This document shows, one piece after another, positions 24,824-32,000 of a stretch of DNA of 32,000 nucleotides (position 1 is its first letter; every line of letters begins with the position of its first letter). The stretch lies in contig NC_013201.1 in assembly GCF_000023965.1 (NCBI RefSeq), positions 189,863 to 221,862 on the forward strand, written 5' to 3'. Made by a program: the position numbers and the translations under genes. The DNA comes from Halomicrobium mukohataei DSM 12286 (GTDB lineage: Archaea > Halobacteriota > Halobacteria > Halobacteriales > Haloarculaceae). A model generated the notes under the pieces. The model had not been told where the DNA came from and did not search any database. It worked only from the letters and a program-made list of their open reading frames with translations.

Positions 24824-26161
24824 TCAGTCCGCCAGCGAGGCGCTGAACGCGCCGTCGTCGAACTCGATCGGCGTCGCTTCCTCGACGACCCGGAGGTCCT
24901 CGCGCTGGCGTGCGTCCTCGATCAGGGCCTCGGAGGCGAAGAAGCGAGCGAGGTGCATGGTGTCACGCGCCCGGACCACGCGAACGGTCTCGGGATCGAC
25001 GACGCCGATGGTCGAGAGCGCCGCGACGAGACCGGCCCTGTCGCTCTCGACGACCGGCGGCAGACGGACGCCGCGGACGGTGCTGGCGGTGAGCGCGTTG
25101 ATCAGGGTCGTCTCGGCGTCCAGCTCGGCGACCACGTCCTCGTGGATCAGGTCCGCCGAGCCGACGCCCATCGCGTTGCCGTGGGTCGCCGCCGTCAGCC
25201 CGCGGGTGTAGATGCGCTTGATCGTCGGCTCGTCGGGTGCCGGCTCGTTGATCGCGAAGGCCCGACGGCCGATGACGTTCGTGTCGAGCCCCTGGCCGCT
25301 GATGTCCTTGCCCTGTCTGTCGAACACGACCACGTCGAGCTCCGAGAAGGGCAGCGTCGGCATGACATCGTAGGCCCGTTCGAGCAGTTCCCGCTCGCGG
25401 TCGAGGAAGCCACCCGGTGGGACGCCCTCGATCAGCGTCGTCTCGTCGTGCTGATCTTCCAGCAGGGCGATCCCGCCCACGACCGGCAACGCGTCGAGCA
25501 GCTGCCCGGCGATCTCCGGGATCATGTTCCGGAACGACCAGTCGACGGCCCACTCGTGGGCGATCTTCGCGCCCCGTTGCTTGCCCATCCCGATGACGAG
25601 CATCTTCGAGAGCCCGCTCTCGACGGCCCCGTCGAAGTCGGTGTGGGGCTTGACGCGGTTGATCGGGACGATGGCGTCGGCCCCGGCGGCGTGGGCGTCG
25701 GCGACGACCGGCACGTCCCGCTCGGGCGTTCGGCCCACCTCGACCACGTCCATGCTGGACCGGATCTCACAGCCGATCGACGACTCCGTGACGCCCAGTT
25801 CCGCGAGCATCTCGGCCTGTCCCTCGCCGGTCGCGCCGCCGTGGCTCCCCATCGCCGGGAAGACGAACGGATCGTACCCCCTGTCTTCGAGCGTCGAGAC
25901 GGCCGCTGCGACGATCTCGGAGACGTTGTCGATTCCCCGGCTGCCGACGCCCAGCGCGATCTCGCCGCCCGCGGGCACGTCGTCGAGTTCGAGAGCATCG
26001 ACGGCGCTCTCGACGTGGGCGTCGATGGCCGCGGCCGGGATCGGATCGGTCTCCCAGACCTGTTCGACGACACCGAGTTTCGGGAGGTCGAGATCGCCAC
26101 ACGCGTCGACGATCGTCGCCTCCGGAACCGAGAGTTCGCTGGCGCTTTGGTTTCGCTCCAT
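24824..26161 (-). CDS. Conserved protein of unknown function, possibly the LarA-N-terminal-like (DUF2088-type) family
   Basis: 445 aa counted from MERNQSASE. Conserved-looking blocks are GVGSRGI, FPAMGSHGGATGEGQ and NRVKPHTDF. The gene is clearly real (acidic, good codon bias), but the family label is from memory and uncertain. Confidence 0.55.
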   Translation of the reverse strand: MERNQSASELSVPEATIVDACGDLDLPKLGVVEQVWETDPIPAAAIDAHVESAVDALELDDVPAGGEIALGVGSRGIDNVSEIVAAAVSTLEDRGYDPFVFPAMGSHGGATGEGQAEMLAELGVTESSIGCEIRSSMDVVEVGRTPERDVPVVADAHAAGADAIVPINRVKPHTDFDGAVESGLSKMLVIGMGKQRGAKIAHEWAVDWSFRNMIPEIAGQLLDALPVVGGIALLEDQHDETTLIEGVPPGGFLDRERELLERAYDVMPTLPFSELDVVVFDRQGKDISGQGLDTNVIGRRAFAINEPAPDEPTIKRIYTRGLTAATHGNAMGVGSADLIHEDVVAELDAETTLINALTASTVRGVRLPPVVESDRAGLVAALSTIGVVDPETVRVVRARDTMHLARFFASEALIEDARQREDLRVVEEATPIEFDDGAFSASLAD

Positions 26162-26266
26162 GCGCCCACTGTGTGGCGAGAGCGTCATAAACGTGGCTGA
26201 TACCGCCGGTCGGCGGGTGTCGACGGATCTCAAGATTTAAGGGTCGAACTGCCGCCTATCGAACTG

Positions 26267-27118
26267 ATGCGCTTCGTTCGATACACCGACGGAACGACCC
26301 CAGCGTGGGGTCTGGAACGCGAACAGACGATTCACGCACTGTCCGATCTCCCGTGGGGAGAGCCGTCACTGAACGACCTCGCGAACCCCAGCTACCGATC
26401 ACACGTCGCAGCCCGCATCGAGAACGGGGCGTCGACGCAGATCGATCCCACCGCTGTGTCGCTGCTCGCACCGGTGCCACAGCCGGGCAAGATCGTCTGC
26501 TGTGGCCTCAACTACCACGATCACGCCCAGGAGCAAGACGAGACGGTGCCGGACAGCCCGATGCTGTTCGGGAAGGCCCCGACCGCCGTCACCAACCCGG
26601 CAGATCCGATCGTCCACCCCGATCCCGAGGGGCCGCCCCAGGTCGACTACGAGGTCGAACTGGCCGTCGTCGTCGGCGACACGATCTCCTCGGTCGACGA
26701 GGCCGACGCCTACGACCACATCGCCGGCTACACCGTGCTCAACGACGTGAGCGAGCGAACGGCCCAGAACGAAGACGGGCAGTTCTTCCGGGGCAAGAGC
26801 TACGACACGTTCGCCCCGATGGGGCCGCGACTGGTCACCGGCGACGACATCGATCCGAACGCCCTCGACGTGGAGTTGCGCGTCGACGGCGAGACGAAGC
26901 AGTCCTCGAACACCGAGCAGTTCATCTTCGACGTGGGCGAGCTCGTCGCCTACATCAGCGATGCCATGACGCTGCGGCCCGGCGACGTGATCTCGACGGG
27001 GACGCCCGGCGGCGTCGGCATCTTCCGCGATCCGGTCGAGGTGCTGGAACCGGGCCAGACGGTCGAGGCAGAGATCGAAGGTATCGGAACGCTTCGGAAT
27101 CCGGTCGTCGGCCGATAG
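26267..27118 (+). CDS. Fumarylacetoacetate hydrolase (FAH)-family protein (beta-diketone hydrolase/decarboxylase/hydratase superfamily)
   Basis: GLNYHDHA, EVELAVVVG, GKSYDTFAPMGP and GTPGGVG are all typical FAH-family blocks. Confidence 0.9.
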   Translation: MRFVRYTDGTTPAWGLEREQTIHALSDLPWGEPSLNDLANPSYRSHVAARIENGASTQIDPTAVSLLAPVPQPGKIVCCGLNYHDHAQEQDETVPDSPMLFGKAPTAVTNPADPIVHPDPEGPPQVDYEVELAVVVGDTISSVDEADAYDHIAGYTVLNDVSERTAQNEDGQFFRGKSYDTFAPMGPRLVTGDDIDPNALDVELRVDGETKQSSNTEQFIFDVGELVAYISDAMTLRPGDVISTGTPGGVGIFRDPVEVLEPGQTVEAEIEGIGTLRNPVVGR

Positions 27119-27225
27119 GGGCGACGAGCGCGGCCGGCGGAGTCGGTCGTACTGTCGGCCGTCCATCTGTCCGCGATTTCGATATCCCGACAGCGAATCC
27201 CGTTACGAAGTGACAGCCGACGGTA

Positions 27226-28557
27226 TCAGGCGCGATCGGGAACCACGAGGACCACGATGTCGTTGACGTTCGTTCCCGTGGGGCCGGTCCGAATCGTCGC
27301 GTCCGTCTCGCTCAGGAACCGGCCCGCGTCGTTGGCGGCGAGCGCCTCTCGGGCGGCCGCCCGATCCGTGACCGTCTCGCCGTCGACGAGCGCGCCAGCG
27401 ACCGCCGAACTCCCGTCCTCGCCGTCGCTGTCGACGGCGGCGACGATCGTCTCGCCGGTCAGTTCGATCCCGGCCGACAGCGCGAGTTCCTGGTTGGGAC
27501 CGCCGGTCCCGCCCTCGCCGGTGATCGAGACGGTACACTCCCCGCCGGCCAGCACGACTGCCGGCGGTTCGATCGGGTCGCCGGTGGCGGCGATCTCCTC
27601 GGCGACGGCCAGCAAGGTCGTGCCGGCCTCGCGGGCCTCGCCACGCAGGCGCGAAGTCACCACGAGCGGCGTGTACCCCGCCTCGCGTGCGACATCGCGG
27701 GCCGCGTCGAGCGCCAGCGCGTTGTCCCCGACCAGGTGCGTCCGGACGCGCTCGGCCGACAGCGCAGCGGTGGTCGGCGTTTCCGACCGCCGACCCGCGT
27801 CCCCGGCCGCGAGGTGCGAGGCGACGGCGTCCGGCGGCGTAACGTCGTACCATTCGAGCACGGCCAGGGCGTCGCCGTAGGTCGTCTCGTCCGGGACCGT
27901 CGGCCCACTGCCGATGGCCGACAGGTCGTTGCCGACGACATCCGAGAGAACGAGCGTTGCGACCGTGGCCGGCGCGGCCGCCCGTGCGAGGCGGCCCCCC
28001 TTGACCTCCGAGAGGTGTTTGCGGACCGCGTTGATTTCGTGGATGGGCGCGCCGCTGTCGAGCAGCAGCGCCGTCGTCTCGCGGAGTTCCGTCAGCGAGA
28101 GGTCGCCGGCCGGAGCCGTCAGGAGTGCGCTCGTCCCGCCGGTGACGACCGGGAGCACGAGCGTCTCGGCGTCGGCGGCCGCCACCAGTTCCAGCAGGTC
28201 GGTCGTGGCCCGGACGTTGCGCTCGGACGGAAGCGGATGGTCGCCGGTGACACACCGGACGCGGTCGCCGTCGGTCGGGTGTTTGGTCACGACCAGTCCG
28301 TCGGTAACGTGGTCGCCGAGGATCGATTCCAGCGCGGCGACGACGCCGCTGGCGGCTTTCCCGCCGCCGACGACGAACACGTCGCGGTACGCGGTGAGGT
28401 CGTACTCGGTGTCGGCGATCGACAGCGTTTCATCCGTGACAGAGACGGCCGACCGGATCGCCGCTTCGGGTGCCGCGGCGGCGATCGCGCGTTCGAGACA
28501 GTCGAGTGCGAGAGCGTGGTCCGGACTGCGCTCCAGTGTCGCTCGGTTCTCGATCAT
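27226..28557 (-). CDS. Glycerate 2-kinase (DUF4147 + MOFRL domains)
   Basis: VVGGGKAASG, LAGGECTVSITGEGGTGGPNQELAL, DSDGEDG and the C-terminal TGPTGTNVNDI. Confidence 0.9.
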   Translation of the reverse strand: MIENRATLERSPDHALALDCLERAIAAAAPEAAIRSAVSVTDETLSIADTEYDLTAYRDVFVVGGGKAASGVVAALESILGDHVTDGLVVTKHPTDGDRVRCVTGDHPLPSERNVRATTDLLELVAAADAETLVLPVVTGGTSALLTAPAGDLSLTELRETTALLLDSGAPIHEINAVRKHLSEVKGGRLARAAAPATVATLVLSDVVGNDLSAIGSGPTVPDETTYGDALAVLEWYDVTPPDAVASHLAAGDAGRRSETPTTAALSAERVRTHLVGDNALALDAARDVAREAGYTPLVVTSRLRGEAREAGTTLLAVAEEIAATGDPIEPPAVVLAGGECTVSITGEGGTGGPNQELALSAGIELTGETIVAAVDSDGEDGSSAVAGALVDGETVTDRAAAREALAANDAGRFLSETDATIRTGPTGTNVNDIVVLVVPDRA

Positions 28558-28652
28558 GGCTCACCGTGCGTGCTCCGACCCAAAAGAGTGTGTGTTCGAG
28601 AGCGGGCAAAGTGGCAGTGGATTTAATACCATCCGATTAATTCGCCAACAGT

Positions 28653-29528
28653 ATGCAGATCGAACACCCCTACACCGGCGACGGGCGTTGGCTGCGAGGG
28701 AACCTCCACACGCACACGACGGAGACCGACGGCGCGGACACCGTCGAGGAAGTACTCGACGCCTACGAGTCGATCGGACACGACTTCCTCGCAATCTCTG
28801 ACCACGACCTGCTTGTCGATCCCGACCGGTATCGGGCGGACACGTCGCTGACGCTGTTGCCGGCCGTCGAAGTGACGGCGAACGGCACCCACGTGGTACA
28901 CGTCGGGGCGACGGCGGTCGTCGAGCCGCGGGCGGACCGCCAGGCCGTCGTCGACGACATCCGAGAACAGGGGGCGATGGCGATCCCCGCACACCCAAAC
29001 TGGGAGGCCGACTTCGACCACTGGCCACAGCGCCGGCTATCGGAGCTGACCGGCTATCACGGCATCGAGATCTACAACGGCAACATCGAGCGGTGCCCGG
29101 GCACGCCGCTGGCGACCGATCGGTGGGACCAGCTCCTGTCGGCCGGGCGGCGCGTCTGGGGCTTCGGAACGGACGACACCCACGACGCGGTCGATATCGG
29201 GAACGCCTGGACGGTCGTACAGGTGGCCGAGCGAACGCCCGCGGCGGTGCTCGAAGCCCTGACTGCCGGACAGACGTACGTCTCGACCGGCGTCGATATC
29301 GAGCGAATCGCGGTCGAGGACGGGAGCATCGAACTCGACGCGAGCGAGCGCGTGACGGCCCGTCTGGTGAGCGACTGGGGGCGGGTCCAGCGAACGAGAG
29401 CGGGCGAGACGGTCCGATTCCACCTGCCGGACGATCTGGTCTACGGACGGGAGCACAGCTACGTTCGAGTGGAATGTCGTGGCCGGGGCGACGACGCGGC
29501 CTGGACCCAGCCGTTCTACCTGGCATAG
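28653..29528 (+). CDS. PHP-domain / CehA-McbA-type metallohydrolase
   Basis: GNLHTHTTETDG (HxH) with SDHD and further His/Asp metal ligands. 291 aa. Confidence 0.72.
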   Translation: MQIEHPYTGDGRWLRGNLHTHTTETDGADTVEEVLDAYESIGHDFLAISDHDLLVDPDRYRADTSLTLLPAVEVTANGTHVVHVGATAVVEPRADRQAVVDDIREQGAMAIPAHPNWEADFDHWPQRRLSELTGYHGIEIYNGNIERCPGTPLATDRWDQLLSAGRRVWGFGTDDTHDAVDIGNAWTVVQVAERTPAAVLEALTAGQTYVSTGVDIERIAVEDGSIELDASERVTARLVSDWGRVQRTRAGETVRFHLPDDLVYGREHSYVRVECRGRGDDAAWTQPFYLA

Positions 29529-30701
29529 ATGGAGCGGGGCTATCGACACGTCGTCCTCGCGAGTTGCGTGCTCGCCTTCTTCGGGAGCCGCGTCGGCCAA
29601 CTCGTCATCAGTCCGCTCGTCCCAGAGATCACCGGGGCGTTCGAGGTGTCGAAGGGGTCGATCGGTGCGGCGCTGACGGGCATGTGGGCCGCGTACGCGC
29701 TCGTGCAGTACCCCGCCGGTGTCTTCGGTGACCGGTTCGGCGAGCGCCCGGTCGTGCTGGTCTCGCTCGCGACGGCGGCCGTCGGAAGCGTCCTGCTCGC
29801 CGTCGTGGCGACCTTCCCGCTGTTCGTCCTCGTCGTCGTCGCCCTGGGCGCGGGCGTCGGACTGTACTACAACGCCGGGACGACGCTCCTCGCTCGGGAG
29901 TTCGACGGCGTCGGTCGAGCGATCGGCGTCCATCGGATCGGCGGACAGGCGGCGGGCCTGCTGGCCCCGATTTCGGTCGCGGCCGTGAGCGTCCGGTTCG
30001 GCTGGCGGGCCGGGTTACTGGTCGGGGTCGTCGCCGCGCCGATACTGCTCCTGTTCTGGGCGGCCGTCCGGCCCACGCCGCCGCGTCGGCCGGACGTGAG
30101 CGTCCGTCGACAGTTCGACGCGGGCTTGCTCCGGGACATCCTCTCTCGGCCGGTGCTGGCCTACGGGACGGCGGTGGCCGTGCTCGCGGAGTTCGTCGGG
30201 ATGGCGGCCACGTCGTTTCTCCCGACCTTTCTGGTGGCGGCACAGGGGTTGTCCCTCCAGCGAGCGAGCCTGCTGTTCTCGCTTTACTTCGTCGTCCTGG
30301 CGGTCGCCCAGCCGGCGACCGGCTGGCTGTCGGACGCCGTCGGTCGCGCCCGAGCGACGATGCTTGCCCTGGCGAGTGGCGTCGCCGGGTACGCCCTGCT
30401 GGTCGGTGCCACGGGCCTGGTGCCGGTCGTCGCCGGGGTCACGCTGGCCGGGTACGCGATGAGCTGGAGCACGCCGATCCAGGCGCTCTTTCTCGATCAG
30501 CTCGGCCGAGCGGAGCGGGGCACCGGCTTCGGACTCGTGCGGACCGTGTACGTCTTGCTCGGGTCGCTCGGGAGCGTCGTCACGGGCGGCGTCGCGGATC
30601 GGCTGGGCTGGACGGTCGCGTTCGGCATGCTGGGTCTCGTGCTCCTGTCGGCGGCGGGGCTCGTCGGCGCGGCACAGCTCGCGAACGTCGAAGCGTCGTG
30701 A
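29529..30701 (+). CDS. MFS transporter
   Basis: 390 aa, about 12 TM segments, with the MFS loop motif GVFGDRFGERP. The ATG directly abuts the upstream TAG. Confidence 0.88.
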   Translation: MERGYRHVVLASCVLAFFGSRVGQLVISPLVPEITGAFEVSKGSIGAALTGMWAAYALVQYPAGVFGDRFGERPVVLVSLATAAVGSVLLAVVATFPLFVLVVVALGAGVGLYYNAGTTLLAREFDGVGRAIGVHRIGGQAAGLLAPISVAAVSVRFGWRAGLLVGVVAAPILLLFWAAVRPTPPRRPDVSVRRQFDAGLLRDILSRPVLAYGTAVAVLAEFVGMAATSFLPTFLVAAQGLSLQRASLLFSLYFVVLAVAQPATGWLSDAVGRARATMLALASGVAGYALLVGATGLVPVVAGVTLAGYAMSWSTPIQALFLDQLGRAERGTGFGLVRTVYVLLGSLGSVVTGGVADRLGWTVAFGMLGLVLLSAAGLVGAAQLANVEAS

Positions 30702-30702
30702 T

Positions 30703-30725
30703 GGTGGCCGCTCGCCGCGGCCACC
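30703..30725. terminator. Hairpin between convergent genes (GGTGGCCGC-tcgcc-GCGGCCACC)
   Basis: 9-bp perfect stem starting 2 nt after the MFS stop and ending 23 nt before the GH88 stop. Confidence 0.5.
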
Positions 30726-30747
30726 GCACCGAGAGGTCGGTCGGCGG

Positions 30748-31950
30748 TTACCAGAACCGGTCGTAGTGTCGGGTCGCCCGGACGAGCGCCTCGACGTAGA
30801 AGTAGTCGCCCCAGATGCAACACTCGCCGTAGTCGCCGTCCGACGGGTGGTACGCACCGTCGGTCAGGAGTCCGTTCGAGTCCGCGCCCGCGGTGTAGTG
30901 CTCGGTGAGACTGGCCAGCGTCGCCAGCGAGGCGTTGCGGTAGGCCGGGACGCGCTCGTCGCCGCTTGGCAGCTGTCGGGAGAGTTCGTCCAGCCCGCAG
31001 GCGGCGACGGCGGCGGCCGAGCTGTCTCGGATCGCCGGGTCAGTCGGGGCGTCGAAGTCCCACAGCGGGACGTGGTCGTCCTCGACGTGCGAGAGGTAGT
31101 AGTTCGCGACCTTGGCCGAGAGCCCCGCGTAGGCAGCGGTGTCGAGGTAGTCGGCGGCGACCGCGTAGCCGTAGATCGCCCACGTCTGCCCGCGCGACCA
31201 GCAGGAGTCGTCGTCGTACCCCTGGGCCGTCTCACCACCCAGTGGCGTCCCGTCATCGACGGTACACCGGAACGTGTGAAACGTCGAGGCGTCCGGGCGG
31301 ACGATGTGGGCGGCGTTCGTGCGGGCGTGGGAGGCCGCGATAGCTCGGTACCGCGGCTCTTCCGTGACCTCGCTGGCCCACAACAGCAGCGGGAGGTTCA
31401 TCATCGTGTCGACGATCATCCGCCCGCGGTTCTCGTCGTCTTCGTCGTCCATGCTCCCCCAGGCCTGGAGGAGCCCGGGAGCCTGCCAGTAGCGGTCGGT
31501 GAGCAGATCGGCCCCGCGGAGCGCGATCGATCGATACCGCTCCTCGTCGGTGAGCCGGTAGCCGGCGACCGCCGACAGCGTGTACAGAAAGCCCAGATCG
31601 TGCGTCTCGACGAGGCCGTCGTCGAGGCGGTGCGCGAACGTCTCCAGTTGTGCCTCGGCGGCGTCTCTGAACCGCCGCTGGCCGGTCACGTCGTAGGCGA
31701 GCCAGCACAGTCCGGTCCAGAAGGCGGTCGTCCACCCGTCGGTGTTGTCGGTCGACCCGTAGACGAGGTCGTCGCTCGAAGCCGTCGGGAACCGGTCGTA
31801 GTACCGGTCGAGGTTCTCGCCGATCCGCTCGATCGCGTCCGTCAACGCCCGTTCTAACTGTTCCTGGCTTCGCTCGGGCCGCTCGAAGTATCGGTCGGGA
31901 AGCGCCGGTTCGGTCACTGCGGCCGCGAGCGCCTGAGGACTTCGGCTCAT
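30748..31950 (-). CDS. Glycoside hydrolase family 88 (unsaturated glucuronyl/uronyl hydrolase)
   Basis: DGWTTAFWTGLCWLAY, THDLGFLY (catalytic Asp context), SCWSRGQTWAIYGYA and DSSAAAVAACGLDEL. No signal peptide. Alternative ATG at 31965. Confidence 0.88.
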   Translation of the reverse strand: MSRSPQALAAAVTEPALPDRYFERPERSQEQLERALTDAIERIGENLDRYYDRFPTASSDDLVYGSTDNTDGWTTAFWTGLCWLAYDVTGQRRFRDAAEAQLETFAHRLDDGLVETHDLGFLYTLSAVAGYRLTDEERYRSIALRGADLLTDRYWQAPGLLQAWGSMDDEDDENRGRMIVDTMMNLPLLLWASEVTEEPRYRAIAASHARTNAAHIVRPDASTFHTFRCTVDDGTPLGGETAQGYDDDSCWSRGQTWAIYGYAVAADYLDTAAYAGLSAKVANYYLSHVEDDHVPLWDFDAPTDPAIRDSSAAAVAACGLDELSRQLPSGDERVPAYRNASLATLASLTEHYTAGADSNGLLTDGAYHPSDGDYGECCIWGDYFYVEALVRATRHYDRFW

Positions 31951-31973
31951 TCGCTTCGAACTCACTCCAGACG

Positions 31974-31991
31974 GACAATAAACCTATTGTC
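31974..31991. promoter_or_regulatory. Palindrome GACAATA-aacc-TATTGTC in the AT-rich region just upstream of the GH88 gene
   Basis: 7-bp perfect inverted repeat, 24-41 nt upstream of ATG 31950. Confidence 0.4.
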
Positions 31992-32000
31992 GGAAACTGT

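Noticed and set aside
1-32000. Scan for tRNA, rRNA, transposase/integrase and known defence-system genes.
   Set aside because: I found no cloverleaf-compatible sequences or rRNA-like stretches. None of the translated ORFs shows DDE/tyrosine-recombinase, Cas, restriction-modification or other defence-type motifs.

Overview
The window looks like haloarchaeal (Halobacteria-type) chromosome. By eye it is about two-thirds G+C, the real proteins are strongly acidic, AT-rich TATA-like boxes sit 25-35 nt upstream of many start codons, and every real gene carries Arg/Pro/Gly-rich shadow ORFs in the other frames. All family calls come from reading motifs in the supplied translations; no database search was possible.

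I support 30 protein-coding genes and one gene remnant. I found no rRNA, tRNA, CRISPR array or recognisable transposase.

Layout:
- 1-5425: a sulfur-trafficking/redox cluster. It holds a rhodanese-metallo-beta-lactamase fusion, a two-gene YeeE/YedE-type transporter, a PiT-family permease, a winged-helix regulator and thioredoxin.
- 5517-8458: a translationally coupled proC-proB-proA operon.
- 8624-12559: a four-gene ABC importer.
- 12560-13037: a decayed stretch with gene remnants and strong hairpins.
- 13038-19013: membrane proteins, three universal stress protein genes and a PNPOx-like gene.
- 19014-19859: an 846-bp AT-rich gap with no convincing gene, lying between convergent genes.
- 19860-31965: a 12-kb locus with an IclR-family regulator. 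It carries a GH88 unsaturated-uronyl hydrolase, DUF2264, a conserved protein of unknown function, an FAH-family hydrolase, an AKR, a Gfo/Idh/MocA dehydrogenase, glycerate 2-kinase, a PHP-type metallohydrolase and an MFS transporter.

Most unusual observations:
1. A 6.3-copy, 69-bp (23-codon) tandem array sits between the two YeeE-type genes. Each unit carries its own GGAGGG + GTG start in frame with the downstream gene.
2. An identical 36-bp hairpin-forming element occurs twice, in frame, inside the rhodanese-MBL gene.
3. The GH88 locus lacks KduI/KduD-type genes. Its gene content fits an undescribed non-phosphorylative route from unsaturated uronate to pyruvate plus glycerate.
4. Several structured or repeated intergenic elements and shared promoter motifs.
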